Shown here in pieces: positions 36,083 to 45,138 of a stretch of DNA of 45,261 bases (position 1 is the stretch's first letter; each line of letters opens with the position of its first letter). Position numbers and translations under genes: made by a program. The stretch is from a virus (taxonomy: Duplodnaviria > Caudoviricetes): positions 1 through 45,261 of IMG/VR virus record IMGVR_UViG_3300032269_000993; one strand, 5' to 3'. The notes under the pieces were generated by a model. The model searched no databases. It saw nothing but the letters and a program-made list of their open reading frames with translations, and had not been told where the DNA came from.

Positions 36083-36480
36083 AAGCAGGAGATACAGTAA
36101 AAATTATTAGAGTTGGTTCAAATTTACCACAAGAGCTACTTCACTCTCATGTAGAAATTGTCGGATTAACTATTAGTGGTTACGTTATTATGGCACCTAA
36201 TTCCGTTTGTTGGCATGCCGTTAATTGTGAACACTCATACAATAGTGCACATGGTATTTTAATCAAGGAACTTGAAGAACCAAGTGATATAGTACCAATT
36301 TTAGAGACGGAAGAGTTAACCCAAGTAGAAAAACGCATCATTAGATGTAGTGTGTGTAACAGCAGGGAGAATGTAACTGCAATAAAATTAGGTGCCAGTG
36401 TAAACGGAAACTCCTTTACCAACGTCATAAGACTTTGTCGCCATTGCAGACAAAAGTTATCCGAGGAGCTTAAGAAATGA
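36079..36480 (+). CDS. Hypothetical protein with C-terminal zinc ribbon
   Basis: CSVC...LCRHC. Confidence 0.65.
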   Translation: MKAGDTVKIIRVGSNLPQELLHSHVEIVGLTISGYVIMAPNSVCWHAVNCEHSYNSAHGILIKELEEPSDIVPILETEELTQVEKRIIRCSVCNSRENVTAIKLGASVNGNSFTNVIRLCRHCRQKLSEELKK

Positions 36481-36650
36481 AGTTAGACGGTCGTACCAAA
36501 GCAGGCAAAGCAGCCAAGGAATCGGCGAGACAACGTCGCAACGAGTACCACAGAAACTATAGAGCGTCGATGACTGAGAGACAATGGAACAAAGTACTAG
36601 AGAGACAACGAGAATATAGAGCACGAAAAAAACTTGGCACCGTCGCTTGA
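36477..36650 (+). CDS. Small arginine-rich protein (57 aa, not in the track)
   Basis: GAGGAG RBS, ATGA overlap; MKLDGRTKAGKAAKESARQRRNEYHRNYRASMTERQWNKVLERQREYRARKKLGTVA. Confidence 0.65.
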   Translation: MKLDGRTKAGKAAKESARQRRNEYHRNYRASMTERQWNKVLERQREYRARKKLGTVA

Positions 36651-36675
36651 CTTTGGATTCCATCGGTGGCATAGT
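36647..36675 (+). promoter_or_regulatory. Promoter P3
   Basis: TTGACT-17 nt-CATAGT; CCGTCGCTTGACTTTGGAT is identical to P2. Confidence 0.7.
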
Positions 36676-36681
36676 AACTAT

Positions 36682-36860
36682 ATGGAAGCAATAGCAACCA
36701 TAGCACCGAGAGGAACCTAGAAACGAGCGACACTGCGCTAGGTTACGTCCATGGGAACCCAACGATACTGGGTTTGACCTGAGCCTGAGAGAACTAGGCA
36801 CAATAAAGCATACATTGCTTTCATTGGAAACGCTGTTTACATAGTGTAAGCACCGTTTCA
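36682..36860 (+). ncRNA. Structured leader RNA copy 2
   Basis: Homologous to 32331-32520 with conserved blocks and re-paired stems. Confidence 0.6.
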
Positions 36861-36869
36861 TCTGGGAGG

Positions 36870-37145
36870 ATGAGGATGATGACAACACAGTTCGATGACC
36901 TCGTTGAATACAGCGTAAAAGCTGCGACGTTCAACGAGTACGAGGTACAGCGAGAATCACAGTTCTTAGCTAACCTCGTCGATTTTAGATTAGACGAAGC
37001 TCACACGTTACCGCTGGAGCGCCTCGGTGACGCTTTTCGCCGCATACGTGACCACAAGATGAAGATTGACCTTTGCTACGACCGATTCTTAACTATTCTG
37101 GAACAACAAATTAGGGAGAGGAAACTTAACAATGAAACCAAATGA
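36870..37145 (+). CDS. Hypothetical protein
   Basis: GGAGG RBS; first gene after leader copy 2 (start probably 36876 or 36879). Confidence 0.65.
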   Translation: MRMMTTQFDDLVEYSVKAATFNEYEVQRESQFLANLVDFRLDEAHTLPLERLGDAFRRIRDHKMKIDLCYDRFLTILEQQIRERKLNNETK

Positions 37146-37452
37146 AGTATTAGATGGTTACTTAAATGACAAGAAATTTCAGGTATGTGACAGTAGTGCC
37201 GCTGGGGAACTTTCCAATATTTGGAGAGACGTAGACGTATCATCGTTACATTTAGATACGGTTAGGGGTTTGTGTAAGTACAACAGGATTAGGTTGAAAC
37301 CTGAGCCATATAAAAAAGAGTACATTGTAGAATTTGATGCCAAAGCTGACTATAGTATAGATGGGAGCGGGTATGAAATTCTGTTGGATATTTTCCCTAG
37401 GACAGTAAACAAAACTTACAAAGTAACCATTGAGGAGATTACAAATGACTAA
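37132..37452 (+). CDS. Hypothetical protein
   Basis: GAGG RBS. Confidence 0.65.
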   Translation: MKPNEVLDGYLNDKKFQVCDSSAAGELSNIWRDVDVSSLHLDTVRGLCKYNRIRLKPEPYKKEYIVEFDAKADYSIDGSGYEILLDIFPRTVNKTYKVTIEEITND

Positions 37453-37648
37453 GCAACAAAGATTAGAACAATATTACAGAGTGTTCTCAGTACCTACGCT
37501 ACAAAAGTCCAAAGAATACTACATCGCTGAAATCGAAGATATGATGGAATCACACAGTCTCAGAGATAAGAAAGCAGTCTTAGATAACATGACCAGTCGC
37601 TTAACTGCGATACAGAGCGTCATAGAATCGAAGTTACGCAATGCTTGA
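37445..37648 (+). CDS. Hypothetical protein (start moved to ATG 37445)
   Basis: GAGGAG RBS. Confidence 0.6.
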   Translation: MTKQQRLEQYYRVFSVPTLQKSKEYYIAEIEDMMESHSLRDKKAVLDNMTSRLTAIQSVIESKLRNA

Positions 37649-37718
37649 ATACATCGGTTTCGCAGTTCTATGTTTCATCGTTTACAAAGCAGCTAAACAA
37701 CTAAATGAAAGGAAATGA
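37641..37718 (+). CDS. Tiny single-TM peptide (25 aa)
   Basis: MLEYIGFAVLCFIVYKAAKQLNERK; overlaps both neighbours. Confidence 0.4.
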   Translation: MLEYIGFAVLCFIVYKAAKQLNERK

Positions 37719-37897
37719 ATATGAAAACTTACTTCACTAAAGAAACTGTAGTTATCAATGGAGAAACTTTTAATGAATTACGTCTTAACTGTGATGACAC
37801 TTTAATTGGCTACGTGTTAGTAGAAAAGAGTAAACAAGAAGGAAAAAAATTAGGTAACAAAATTAGTAATTTCTTTTCTAAAATATTTTCTAAGTAA
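37715..37897 (+). CDS. Hypothetical protein
   Basis: AAAGGA RBS. Confidence 0.55.
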   Translation: MNMKTYFTKETVVINGETFNELRLNCDDTLIGYVLVEKSKQEGKKLGNKISNFFSKIFSK

Positions 37898-37948
37898 AAC
37901 CAGTTATAGATTTAACAAATTAAACATTTTAATAAAAAGGATAACATT

Positions 37949-38458
37949 ATGACAACTTTTGGAACATTTGCACCTATCGCTACTCAATCTGCAAACAACA
38001 AAGTATTCGCTGGCCGTGACAACAATCAAATCGGTGATGTTTTCATGGGAATCTTTGCTGGAGTTCGCTTATCCAAAGCTGGTAAAGAAATCTACGTTTT
38101 CATTGATGAAACTGACAACGTTGAAACATTGATTTTCAACTGCCAATCACTGCAACAAGGTTTAGTCAATGCAGGCGCTAACATTGGTAGCCGTGTGGCG
38201 ATTCAGCTAGCGAGTCGCTTTGAATCGTCCGCTAAGTCTCGTTGTGGTGCAGGGAAAACAATTGTTCAGTACCAAGTCCAATGTGACCCTGAGTTTGTCG
38301 CAGATGACGAAGTTAAGCAAGCTATCGCAGTAATCATGGGCTCATCGGCTCCAGCCGCGAAACCTGCGGCACCTGCAAAACCTGCTGGCTTTGGTTCCTT
38401 TGCTAAACCTGCCGCTTCGGCACCTGCTGCACAATCTAAGAAGCCTAGTCCATTTTAA
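37949..38458 (+). CDS. Putative single-stranded DNA-binding protein
   Basis: OB-fold-sized beta domain, flexible A/P/K tail ending PF, next to the exonuclease. Confidence 0.5.
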   Translation: MTTFGTFAPIATQSANNKVFAGRDNNQIGDVFMGIFAGVRLSKAGKEIYVFIDETDNVETLIFNCQSLQQGLVNAGANIGSRVAIQLASRFESSAKSRCGAGKTIVQYQVQCDPEFVADDEVKQAIAVIMGSSAPAAKPAAPAKPAGFGSFAKPAASAPAAQSKKPSPF

Positions 38459-38478
38459 TCTAGGCAATTCACTGGGAG

Positions 38479-39570
38479 GTGATACTAATGATTCTACAAA
38501 GCAACGCTAACTTGATAACGTCACCATATGACGATGACCCAACGAACCGCTGGATACCTTGGCTTACCAATGCTCAGCACCACAGTATGAAGGCGGTCTC
38601 TGCATCTAAAATTAAAGATTGGCTCAAGATGAGCGACAAAGCTTGGCACTCTAAGCATATCTTAGGAATACGTGGCAAAGATGACGAAGCAGGACAAAAG
38701 AAAGCCTTTGCACTTGGTACCATTATTCACATGGCAGTTTTGGAGCCTGAGAAATTTGAAACCAACGTAATCGTTTGTGACTTAGACCAACGTACCAATG
38801 CTTACAAAGATTGGATTAATGAACAATTTGGTATCTGGGTTCCAGAGTTTAACCCATTCCCACAGTTACCAGAGGCACAGCAAGAAGTTGTCGACGGTGC
38901 CATTGTTCCCGATGTGGTTCCAGAGCCTACAAAGAAACCAGCGAAAAAGCCAACTAAGAAAGACTTAGAACCTAAGGGTACTTGGTTATTGAAACAAGGT
39001 AAAAACGGTGAGTATTACAAAGGTGATGACGAGTTCTTTGTTGTAACGCCTCGTGAAATGGCTATGTTTCGCAGAATGCAGAAAAACGTTGAAGCTCATA
39101 AGCTTGCTAATCAATTGATTCGCAACGGTACTCCAGAGTTAAGCGGTGTTGCTCGTGACCCTGAGACTGGGCTTTACATGAATATTCGAGGTGACTGCAA
39201 AGGCGACGGTTATTTCATTGATGTGAAGACCACAGGGTCTTGTAGTTACTCTGATATCAAGTACGCCATGGAGTCCTACAACTACCCTATCCAACATGTT
39301 CACTATTTGGAAACAGCAAATCTCATTGACGGTGCTGGAGCCTATGAGAACTTTGCCTACCTATTCATATCCAAAGAAGAGCCATACGAAGTGGTCTTAG
39401 TTAAACTAGACCCACTGACACTTGGCAAAGCAGCGAAAGCCCGTCGTAATGCGTTAAGGCGCATAGCGCAATGTGAAGCTAGTGGTCGCTGGGGTAGCGT
39501 TGACGACGGTATCAGCGGTGCGATGGTGATGGAACTTAGTAAATGGTATGACCAGAAATTCAAACAATAA
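38479..39570 (+). CDS. RecE/exonuclease VIII-like PD-(D/E)XK nuclease (DUF3799-like)
   Basis: YH-like/VSAS, GTIIHMAVLEP, E.S, RGD, IDVKTT, Y.IQ..HY, FISKEEPY. Confidence 0.85.
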   Translation: MILMILQSNANLITSPYDDDPTNRWIPWLTNAQHHSMKAVSASKIKDWLKMSDKAWHSKHILGIRGKDDEAGQKKAFALGTIIHMAVLEPEKFETNVIVCDLDQRTNAYKDWINEQFGIWVPEFNPFPQLPEAQQEVVDGAIVPDVVPEPTKKPAKKPTKKDLEPKGTWLLKQGKNGEYYKGDDEFFVVTPREMAMFRRMQKNVEAHKLANQLIRNGTPELSGVARDPETGLYMNIRGDCKGDGYFIDVKTTGSCSYSDIKYAMESYNYPIQHVHYLETANLIDGAGAYENFAYLFISKEEPYEVVLVKLDPLTLGKAAKARRNALRRIAQCEASGRWGSVDDGISGAMVMELSKWYDQKFKQ

Positions 39571-39581
39571 AGGATTAACCA

Positions 39582-39806
39582 ATGAAACTTAATAAAATTG
39601 AAAAAGAGTTATTTGTTAACAGCGAACACAGTGCAGACTTTGATAACGCTGACCTCATGATATTCTGCGCTGACTTTGGTGAGGCGTTAACGATAGCATG
39701 TTCACCTAGATACGAGCCAGTAAGTAATACTCTGCAACTCAAAGTAGACTTGAAACCATACCTCGCTGAGTACTTTAAGAAACATTACCCACAGATTAAG
39801 GAGTAG
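39582..39806 (+). CDS. Hypothetical protein
   Basis: AAGGA RBS. Confidence 0.6.
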   Translation: MKLNKIEKELFVNSEHSADFDNADLMIFCADFGEALTIACSPRYEPVSNTLQLKVDLKPYLAEYFKKHYPQIKE

Positions 39807-39808
39807 CA

Positions 39809-40102
39809 ATGAAAAATCTCAATGGTCGACCGAAAGTCGAAACGTGTAACCACATGATTATAAATCTTCGTGGGTTTCTTACAATCAATGAAATCGTTTC
39901 TCGCACTGGTTATGACAAAAGCTTAGTGTGCAAAGTAATCAATGCAGGGTTTTACCCGTTCAAGATTATTAAAGTTGGCAGTCGCTATGAAAAACTAGTG
40001 GCACTGTATCCATATCTCAAAGGCAAGGAGTTCCCCGAAGACCTATTTCAATCTTGGTTGAAAGGAGACGATGATGGACAGATGCACAAGGTCAGCAATT
40101 AA
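39809..40102 (+). CDS. Putative HTH DNA-binding protein
   Basis: GRPK motif then LTINEIVSRTGYDKSLVCKVI. Confidence 0.6.
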   Translation: MKNLNGRPKVETCNHMIINLRGFLTINEIVSRTGYDKSLVCKVINAGFYPFKIIKVGSRYEKLVALYPYLKGKEFPEDLFQSWLKGDDDGQMHKVSN

Positions 40103-40469
40103 CCGAGCCATACGTAACACCTTTCGACAATCCGAAGTTTACGCAGAGGTCAAGGAAGCTGCGTACTCTAAGGAAAAGGGTGTTCGTGGTGGTAAACGTT
40201 GGGACTGCGCACATTGTAAACAATCGGCCGCTAAGGTTGAAGTCGACCACGTCGAGCCTGTGGTACCTCTTGGTATAAACAGCTACGAACTGAGTATCCA
40301 AGAATACTATAATCGAGTACATTGTTGCCCTCGCAGCAATTTACAAGTCCTGTGTGTACCCTGCCACAACGAGAAAAGTAAACTTGAGAACATTGAGCGC
40401 AAGAAACTTTTGAAGAAACGAGTCAAAGATGAACAAAATCAACAAAGGAAGGCAATGCTAAAAACATGA
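40071..40469 (+). CDS. HNH endonuclease
   Basis: CAHC..VEVDHVEP...NLQVLCVPCHNEK. Confidence 0.9.
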   Translation: MMDRCTRSAINRAIRNTFRQSEVYAEVKEAAYSKEKGVRGGKRWDCAHCKQSAAKVEVDHVEPVVPLGINSYELSIQEYYNRVHCCPRSNLQVLCVPCHNEKSKLENIERKKLLKKRVKDEQNQQRKAMLKT

Positions 40470-40699
40470 GTAAACAATATCTCGTTGAATTTGAACAGAC
40501 CGACGGCACTTTGTGGTCTAAAACCATTGAAGCTAAGGGTAGAAGTGCCGCAGAAAACCTCGCAGAGAGCCTCCTAGACACAGTGTTTTTCAGTGGTCGC
40601 AGTGAACGAAGTTACTTTTACACATTGACCGAGGTTGGCACAGATAAACGTAGAGTCATTAAGGCAATGAATGTAATGGCTCCTAGGAAACCATTTTAA
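40466..40699 (+). CDS. Hypothetical protein
   Basis: ATGA overlap. Confidence 0.6.
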   Translation: MSKQYLVEFEQTDGTLWSKTIEAKGRSAAENLAESLLDTVFFSGRSERSYFYTLTEVGTDKRRVIKAMNVMAPRKPF

Positions 40700-40712
40700 C
40701 TTGGGAGAGGTC

Positions 40713-41087
40713 ATGACAACGAACCCAAAGGACTTAATCGGGGTAACAAAGCCACAGTTAAACTTAGTACCACCGAGTAGCAAAATCTATGAGGCATTGG
40801 CTCTTCAGGATGGAGCTAGCAAGTACGGGGCTTACAACTGGAGAGCAAACAAAGTACAGCTTTCAATATATATTGCTGCATTACAGAGACATGTTGACCA
40901 GTTTTGGGACGGTGAAGACTGCGCCCAAGATTCTGGAGTTCATCACTTAGCACATGCTAAGGCTTGTTTAGGCATTATTATTGACTGCATAGAAACAGGA
41001 AACCTAATTGACGATAGACCACCAAAGGGCACAGCTTCAGCATTAATAACTAAAAACACAAAGAAAAAGGACAAAACCAATGTGTAA
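40713..41087 (+). CDS. dATP/dGTP diphosphohydrolase N-terminal-like protein (DUF5664)
   Basis: KPQLNLVP, GASKYGAYNWR, AALQRH, GED..QDSGVHHLAHA. Confidence 0.85.
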   Translation: MTTNPKDLIGVTKPQLNLVPPSSKIYEALALQDGASKYGAYNWRANKVQLSIYIAALQRHVDQFWDGEDCAQDSGVHHLAHAKACLGIIIDCIETGNLIDDRPPKGTASALITKNTKKKDKTNV

Positions 41088-41307
41088 CTTATTCCAAATT
41101 GACCCTAATTTATCTCAGCACAAACTACGTAAAGAAGTATACAAAGAAACAACGAAAATGAGGAAATGCTTGCAGTGTGACAAAAAATTCTTAAGCCTCT
41201 TTGCAGGTCATAGAAAATGCATGAAATGCAAACATAGTAAAGCAGCGAAACGAGCAAAGCTTCAAACTTGGTCAATTTGGTCACACAGTATCTTTGAGGA
41301 GGGTTAA
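41080..41307 (+). CDS. Small zinc-finger protein
   Basis: RKCLQCDKKF.S...HRKCMKC. Confidence 0.65.
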   Translation: MCNLFQIDPNLSQHKLRKEVYKETTKMRKCLQCDKKFLSLFAGHRKCMKCKHSKAAKRAKLQTWSIWSHSIFEEG

Positions 41308-41309
41308 CA

Positions 41310-41489
41310 ATGTTGCCTTACTAACTGTTCCTTGGTCTCATAGCTTTCTTAATTTCAGTGTTCAAGTGTCACGAAGTCATGGAGACATCGGACTACTTCT
41401 TTGTCTTGGGTCTTTGTTTACTAATATGGCCTGTAATCTTAGTTCACGCAGTTTACTTAATAATCTTTGGCGTAAAGGAGAACGATTAA
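41310..41489 (+). pseudogene. Small two-TM membrane protein gene with in-frame TAA at codon 5
   Basis: GGAGG RBS; MLPY*LFLGLIAFLISV...GLCLLIWPVILVHAVYLIIFGVKEND, similar to 41491 and 25302. Confidence 0.55.
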
Positions 41490-41490
41490 T

Positions 41491-41709
41491 ATGTTATCAA
41501 CTTACCTCTTAATTGGTGCAGTTTATATATTTGCTTATTTAATTTCCCAAAAAGATATAATTATTAAATCTATTAAAAAAGGAGTCCATGGAATAACTTG
41601 GTTAGAAGCAACTATAGGGGTACTACTTGCACTTATTTTTACTATCCCTGTCTGGCCTGCTTTCGCAATTCTTCATGTATACGATTTATTTAAGAAGTTT
41701 CGCTCTTAA
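41491..41709 (+). CDS. Small two-TM membrane protein, possible holin
   Basis: Two hydrophobic segments, basic C-terminus, directly upstream of the endolysin. Confidence 0.6.
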   Translation: MLSTYLLIGAVYIFAYLISQKDIIIKSIKKGVHGITWLEATIGVLLALIFTIPVWPAFAILHVYDLFKKFRS

Positions 41710-41730
41710 CATTATTACAAAGGAGACTAC

Positions 41731-42198
41731 GTGTCAAAGTTAAAATGTAACAGCGCAGGCAAAGCAATCATGAAATCCAGCGAAGGTTGGGAACCAAAGG
41801 CTTACTATGCAACCCCAGAGGAACAGAAACGAGGTCTGCTTAGCATAGGATACGGGTTCACGTATTACGCCGACGGTTCAAAGATTCAAGCAGGTGATAC
41901 AATGACACGAAGCGAAGGTGACAAGTTATTCGATGAACACATTGTCCCAGCGTTCGAAGACAAAGTTAGAAACTTAGTAACCATTGAAATCAACGAGAAC
42001 AGATTCAGCGCACTTGTGTCACTTTGTTACAATATTGGCAGCGGTAACCTGAAAACATCGACACTGCTTCGCTTAGTTAACAGCGGTGACTTTGAAGCCG
42101 CAGCAGACGAGTTCTCAAAGTGGAACAAACAAAACAAACGTGTTCTACGTGGATTAACTGAACGTAGAGCCAAAGAAAGGGAGTTATTTTTATCATGA
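41731..42198 (+). CDS. Endolysin, GH24 lysozyme
   Basis: SEG...AY...SIGYG, ALVSLCYNIG, STLLR..N.GD...AADEF.KWNK...L.GLTERR..E..LF. Confidence 0.92.
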   Translation: MSKLKCNSAGKAIMKSSEGWEPKAYYATPEEQKRGLLSIGYGFTYYADGSKIQAGDTMTRSEGDKLFDEHIVPAFEDKVRNLVTIEINENRFSALVSLCYNIGSGNLKTSTLLRLVNSGDFEAAADEFSKWNKQNKRVLRGLTERRAKERELFLS

Positions 42199-42392
42199 GT
42201 AAATTTACCAAACCAACTAAAGAAATGTGTGACAAAGCAGCGTTTTTACTTAGATTCGGTGACTGCATTACGGATGAACGATTCAGTATAATGACGTTGC
42301 CTCAAATTTCAGATGACTTGTTAAACAACATGAATTATCAATTTGTTGATTGGATCATTAAAAATGTTGAGTTAAGAAAAGGAGTTAATTAA
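42195..42392 (+). CDS. Hypothetical protein
   Basis: ATGA overlap with the lysin. Confidence 0.55.
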   Translation: MSKFTKPTKEMCDKAAFLLRFGDCITDERFSIMTLPQISDDLLNNMNYQFVDWIIKNVELRKGVN

Positions 42393-42396
42393 CGCT

Positions 42397-42888
42397 TTGA
42401 ACAAAAAAATTGAGTACTTAGTGCTCGCATTCATTGGGGTTGTAATCTGTGATAAACTCATATTTCCAAGCAAACCTGTTACAGAGATTAAGTATGTTAC
42501 AAAGACCGAGGTTAAAACTGAGGTTCATACGGTTTACGTTGGGACAAAGAAAAACAACGTTGCTACGAAAACAGTTTCAGAGAAGCTTGATTCTCATGGT
42601 TCCGTAGTAGAACGTACCACAACGAATACAGTAGACCTCTCAGTAACCAACCTAAATCTAGGTGTTGATACAAAGATTCATAGTAATACAGAATTAAGCT
42701 ACGCTAGCAGTGAATACAGACAATCGTGGTTAATCGGTGTTAGCGTTGTGAACATTGTAAACCCAGTTAGCCTAGATAACGTAAGTTTACAATTTGGCTA
42801 TAGACCCGTAGGGAATTTGTGGGTCATAGGTTCTACTACGATTAGTTTGAGGCCTGTTGTCTCTCTCGGAGTGGCTTTAGTTCTTTGA
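42397..42888 (+). CDS. Membrane-anchored protein, spanin candidate
   Basis: N-terminal TM, T/K/V-rich linker, C-terminal amphipathic beta strands; last gene of the lysis region. Confidence 0.55.
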   Translation: MNKKIEYLVLAFIGVVICDKLIFPSKPVTEIKYVTKTEVKTEVHTVYVGTKKNNVATKTVSEKLDSHGSVVERTTTNTVDLSVTNLNLGVDTKIHSNTELSYASSEYRQSWLIGVSVVNIVNPVSLDNVSLQFGYRPVGNLWVIGSTTISLRPVVSLGVALVL

Positions 42889-43195
42889 CCGCTTGGGTTA
42901 ACTCAGCCACATTGTTACTAAGCCTTCCCATATCCTCCCTCATATCCTTCCTTACGTCTTGTGCAAAGACAAAAATCCCATATAAAATAGGTAGAACTAT
43001 TAATAATATTGCTATAAGCGGTGCATTCTTACCTTCAAGTAACCTAGCTAGCAAGTTAATGTTGCTTTGCGTCATCATGACGTTCGCCTGTGTTACTGGT
43101 TGAGTATCTACGACTTCGCTACGCCTTACATACTTCCTCTTTGGCCTGCCTTGTGCCTCCGATTTCCTTTTTTTAGTAACTACGTGACCTGCCAT
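42842..43195 (-). CDS. Single-TM coiled-coil protein, possible holin-like (start uncertain)
   Basis: GGAGG before ATG 43195; TM APLIAILLIVLPILYGIFVFA followed by coiled coil; last gene after the fibre. Confidence 0.5.
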   Translation of the reverse strand: MAGHVVTKKRKSEAQGRPKRKYVRRSEVVDTQPVTQANVMMTQSNINLLARLLEGKNAPLIAILLIVLPILYGIFVFAQDVRKDMREDMGRLSNNVAELTQAVKELKPLRERQQASN

Positions 43196-43316
43196 GACAA
43201 CCAGCCTCCCATACTCCTTATTACCCCCCTCATCAGTATCCATCGCATACAACCTTCCTTTCCTAGGCATTGTTTTCCCTAGTCTCATCTTAGGAAGGTC
43301 TGGCAAACCTATCAAC

Positions 43317-45138
43317 TCATATTATTCTTGTAATCTGTACCCTACCTGCGTATCCAGCGCTCATCCCAATACCCCCTGCATTCAACGTCAACGTCGCACC
43401 GCTGTTCTGGTAAATACCTATAATAAACCCTTCGCCACTGGCCAACGAGAACGTTGCAGACGATGATTGAACACCTCCGTCACCACCACCAAATGGCACA
43501 GACGTAACCATAGCTACTCGGTTAAACGTAGAATTTCTTTGAATCCACGCATAACGTTGACCTGAGCTATTAGGTGTCCATGATACTTGGTATGACACTG
43601 TGATTGTCATAGCTGACCCAGTATTATTTGTAAACGTGTTATTCCCTGTTACAGTAATACCTACGTTACTTGGGTTAACAGCTAACTCAGTATCAGCGGT
43701 ATCAAATAATGCAATGGCACCAGCTCCAGAGGAAATATTTTGCCCTGTACTTTGGCGTAGGGCTAACACTGAACCAGTAACCGATGTATTAGCTATCGTC
43801 GAATACTGTAACCCACTGCCAGAGCCGTTTACTGTGAGAACCTGACCAGCGGAACCTAGTGACGGTAGGTTGCTAGGAATTCCTTGACCAAGTTTTACGC
43901 TGAATGACGCAGCGGTCAGACCGTCAGAACCAGTAACACCTAATATTTGTCCAAACATCTCTAGGTAATCGCCTACCGCACAAGTTACGTTAAAAACGTG
44001 AGTGTTGGAACCTGACCCGTATGTAGGCGTTACTGGTTGCCAGTTACTGGTAACAGCGACACCGTTTTTTAATAACCAGCAACCAGTACTACCGATACTC
44101 GTCCAGTCTATAGACCTGAAATAACAGCTCACTTCATATACGCCTGCAACTTGAATGTTTACTCTTGAAGGGTTTGTGGTGCCGCTGTGCATTCCCATAG
44201 GGTCATAGGTGGTGTACCCTTGCGCAGAACTAGAAAACGGAATTACTGCACCTGAATTTGTTATTGTCGCTACGTTGGTTCCTGCCATAGATAGAAGACA
44301 AATAGCTCCAGTAAACGTAGACGCAGAGGACTGAGCTAACTCAGCAACAAGCGCGGAGTTACCATAGGAAATTGTTCTACATGTTGCAGACCCCGATGTT
44401 AACAATTGAACACTAGCTGCACCGTTAACAGTGTGACCCGATGGAGCCAGTAATCTCACTGTGTACTGTGAATTACTATCAATACGAATAATCTTTGTAG
44501 AACCTACTCCATAGGAAGCTTGTGGTAACGTGATATCAATGTTAGACGTTGCAGACACAGTAAACAAAGAACCATGATACGTCATAACCAAGTTACTTGT
44601 AATCATGTTATCAAAAGGTATCGCTTGGTACTGTGGCCTTGAATCAGATTCCACGAACCAAACGTTACCACCGCTCTTTGTAACAGCATTAATCTGTATA
44701 CTGTTAGCACCTTGCAAATAGTAGGTACTATAACCTACGGGAGTACGGTGAAATTGGTCAGTCGTACCACTGTTACAGTTAATCAGAACAGCGTTACCAT
44801 TCATAACATCGGTACGATTAATTGTGTAGCGTTTGTTAAGAAGTGACGTAGACACACTGGCAATCGGAGGTAAATTGATAACCACTGACCCTGCACTTGC
44901 GTCAACGTTGACAACGGTTTGACTTAGTGTCAAAGGATACGGTGAGTTTGCGTTGGTTATTGTTACCGCAGTATCTACGCCAACATCTTTCGTAGCTGCA
45001 CTAGGTAATACCGAAGTTAACAGCGTACCATCATCAGCGATACCGCTTACGTAGTAATTCGCTGCGGCGGTACTTGGAACAACTGGGGTTTTCAATGTGG
45101 TTAAGGCTGCAATGCTATCATTAACTGCCTTACGAGAC
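43317..45138 (-). CDS. Large tail fibre/adhesin, 3' part (repeat modules and two C1q/jelly-roll-like domains)
   Basis: ORF track; VDASAGSVVINLP-type modules and SRVNIQVAGVYEV C1q-like strand; in frame with 1-2435. Confidence 0.85.

Noticed and set aside
36457-36888. Minus-strand ORFs over the leaders (36457..36888, 32411..32665) and other antisense ORFs in the track
   Set aside because: Opposite to local gene direction, no RBS, unrelated to each other despite the DNA homology
41322-41324. Stop-codon reassignment
   Set aside because: TAA, TAG and TGA all end conserved genes normally; this is an isolated lesion
41701-41710. Lambda boxA-like CGCTCTTAAC before the endolysin
   Set aside because: Coincides with the last codons and stop of the upstream gene, has no adjacent boxB, and may be chance
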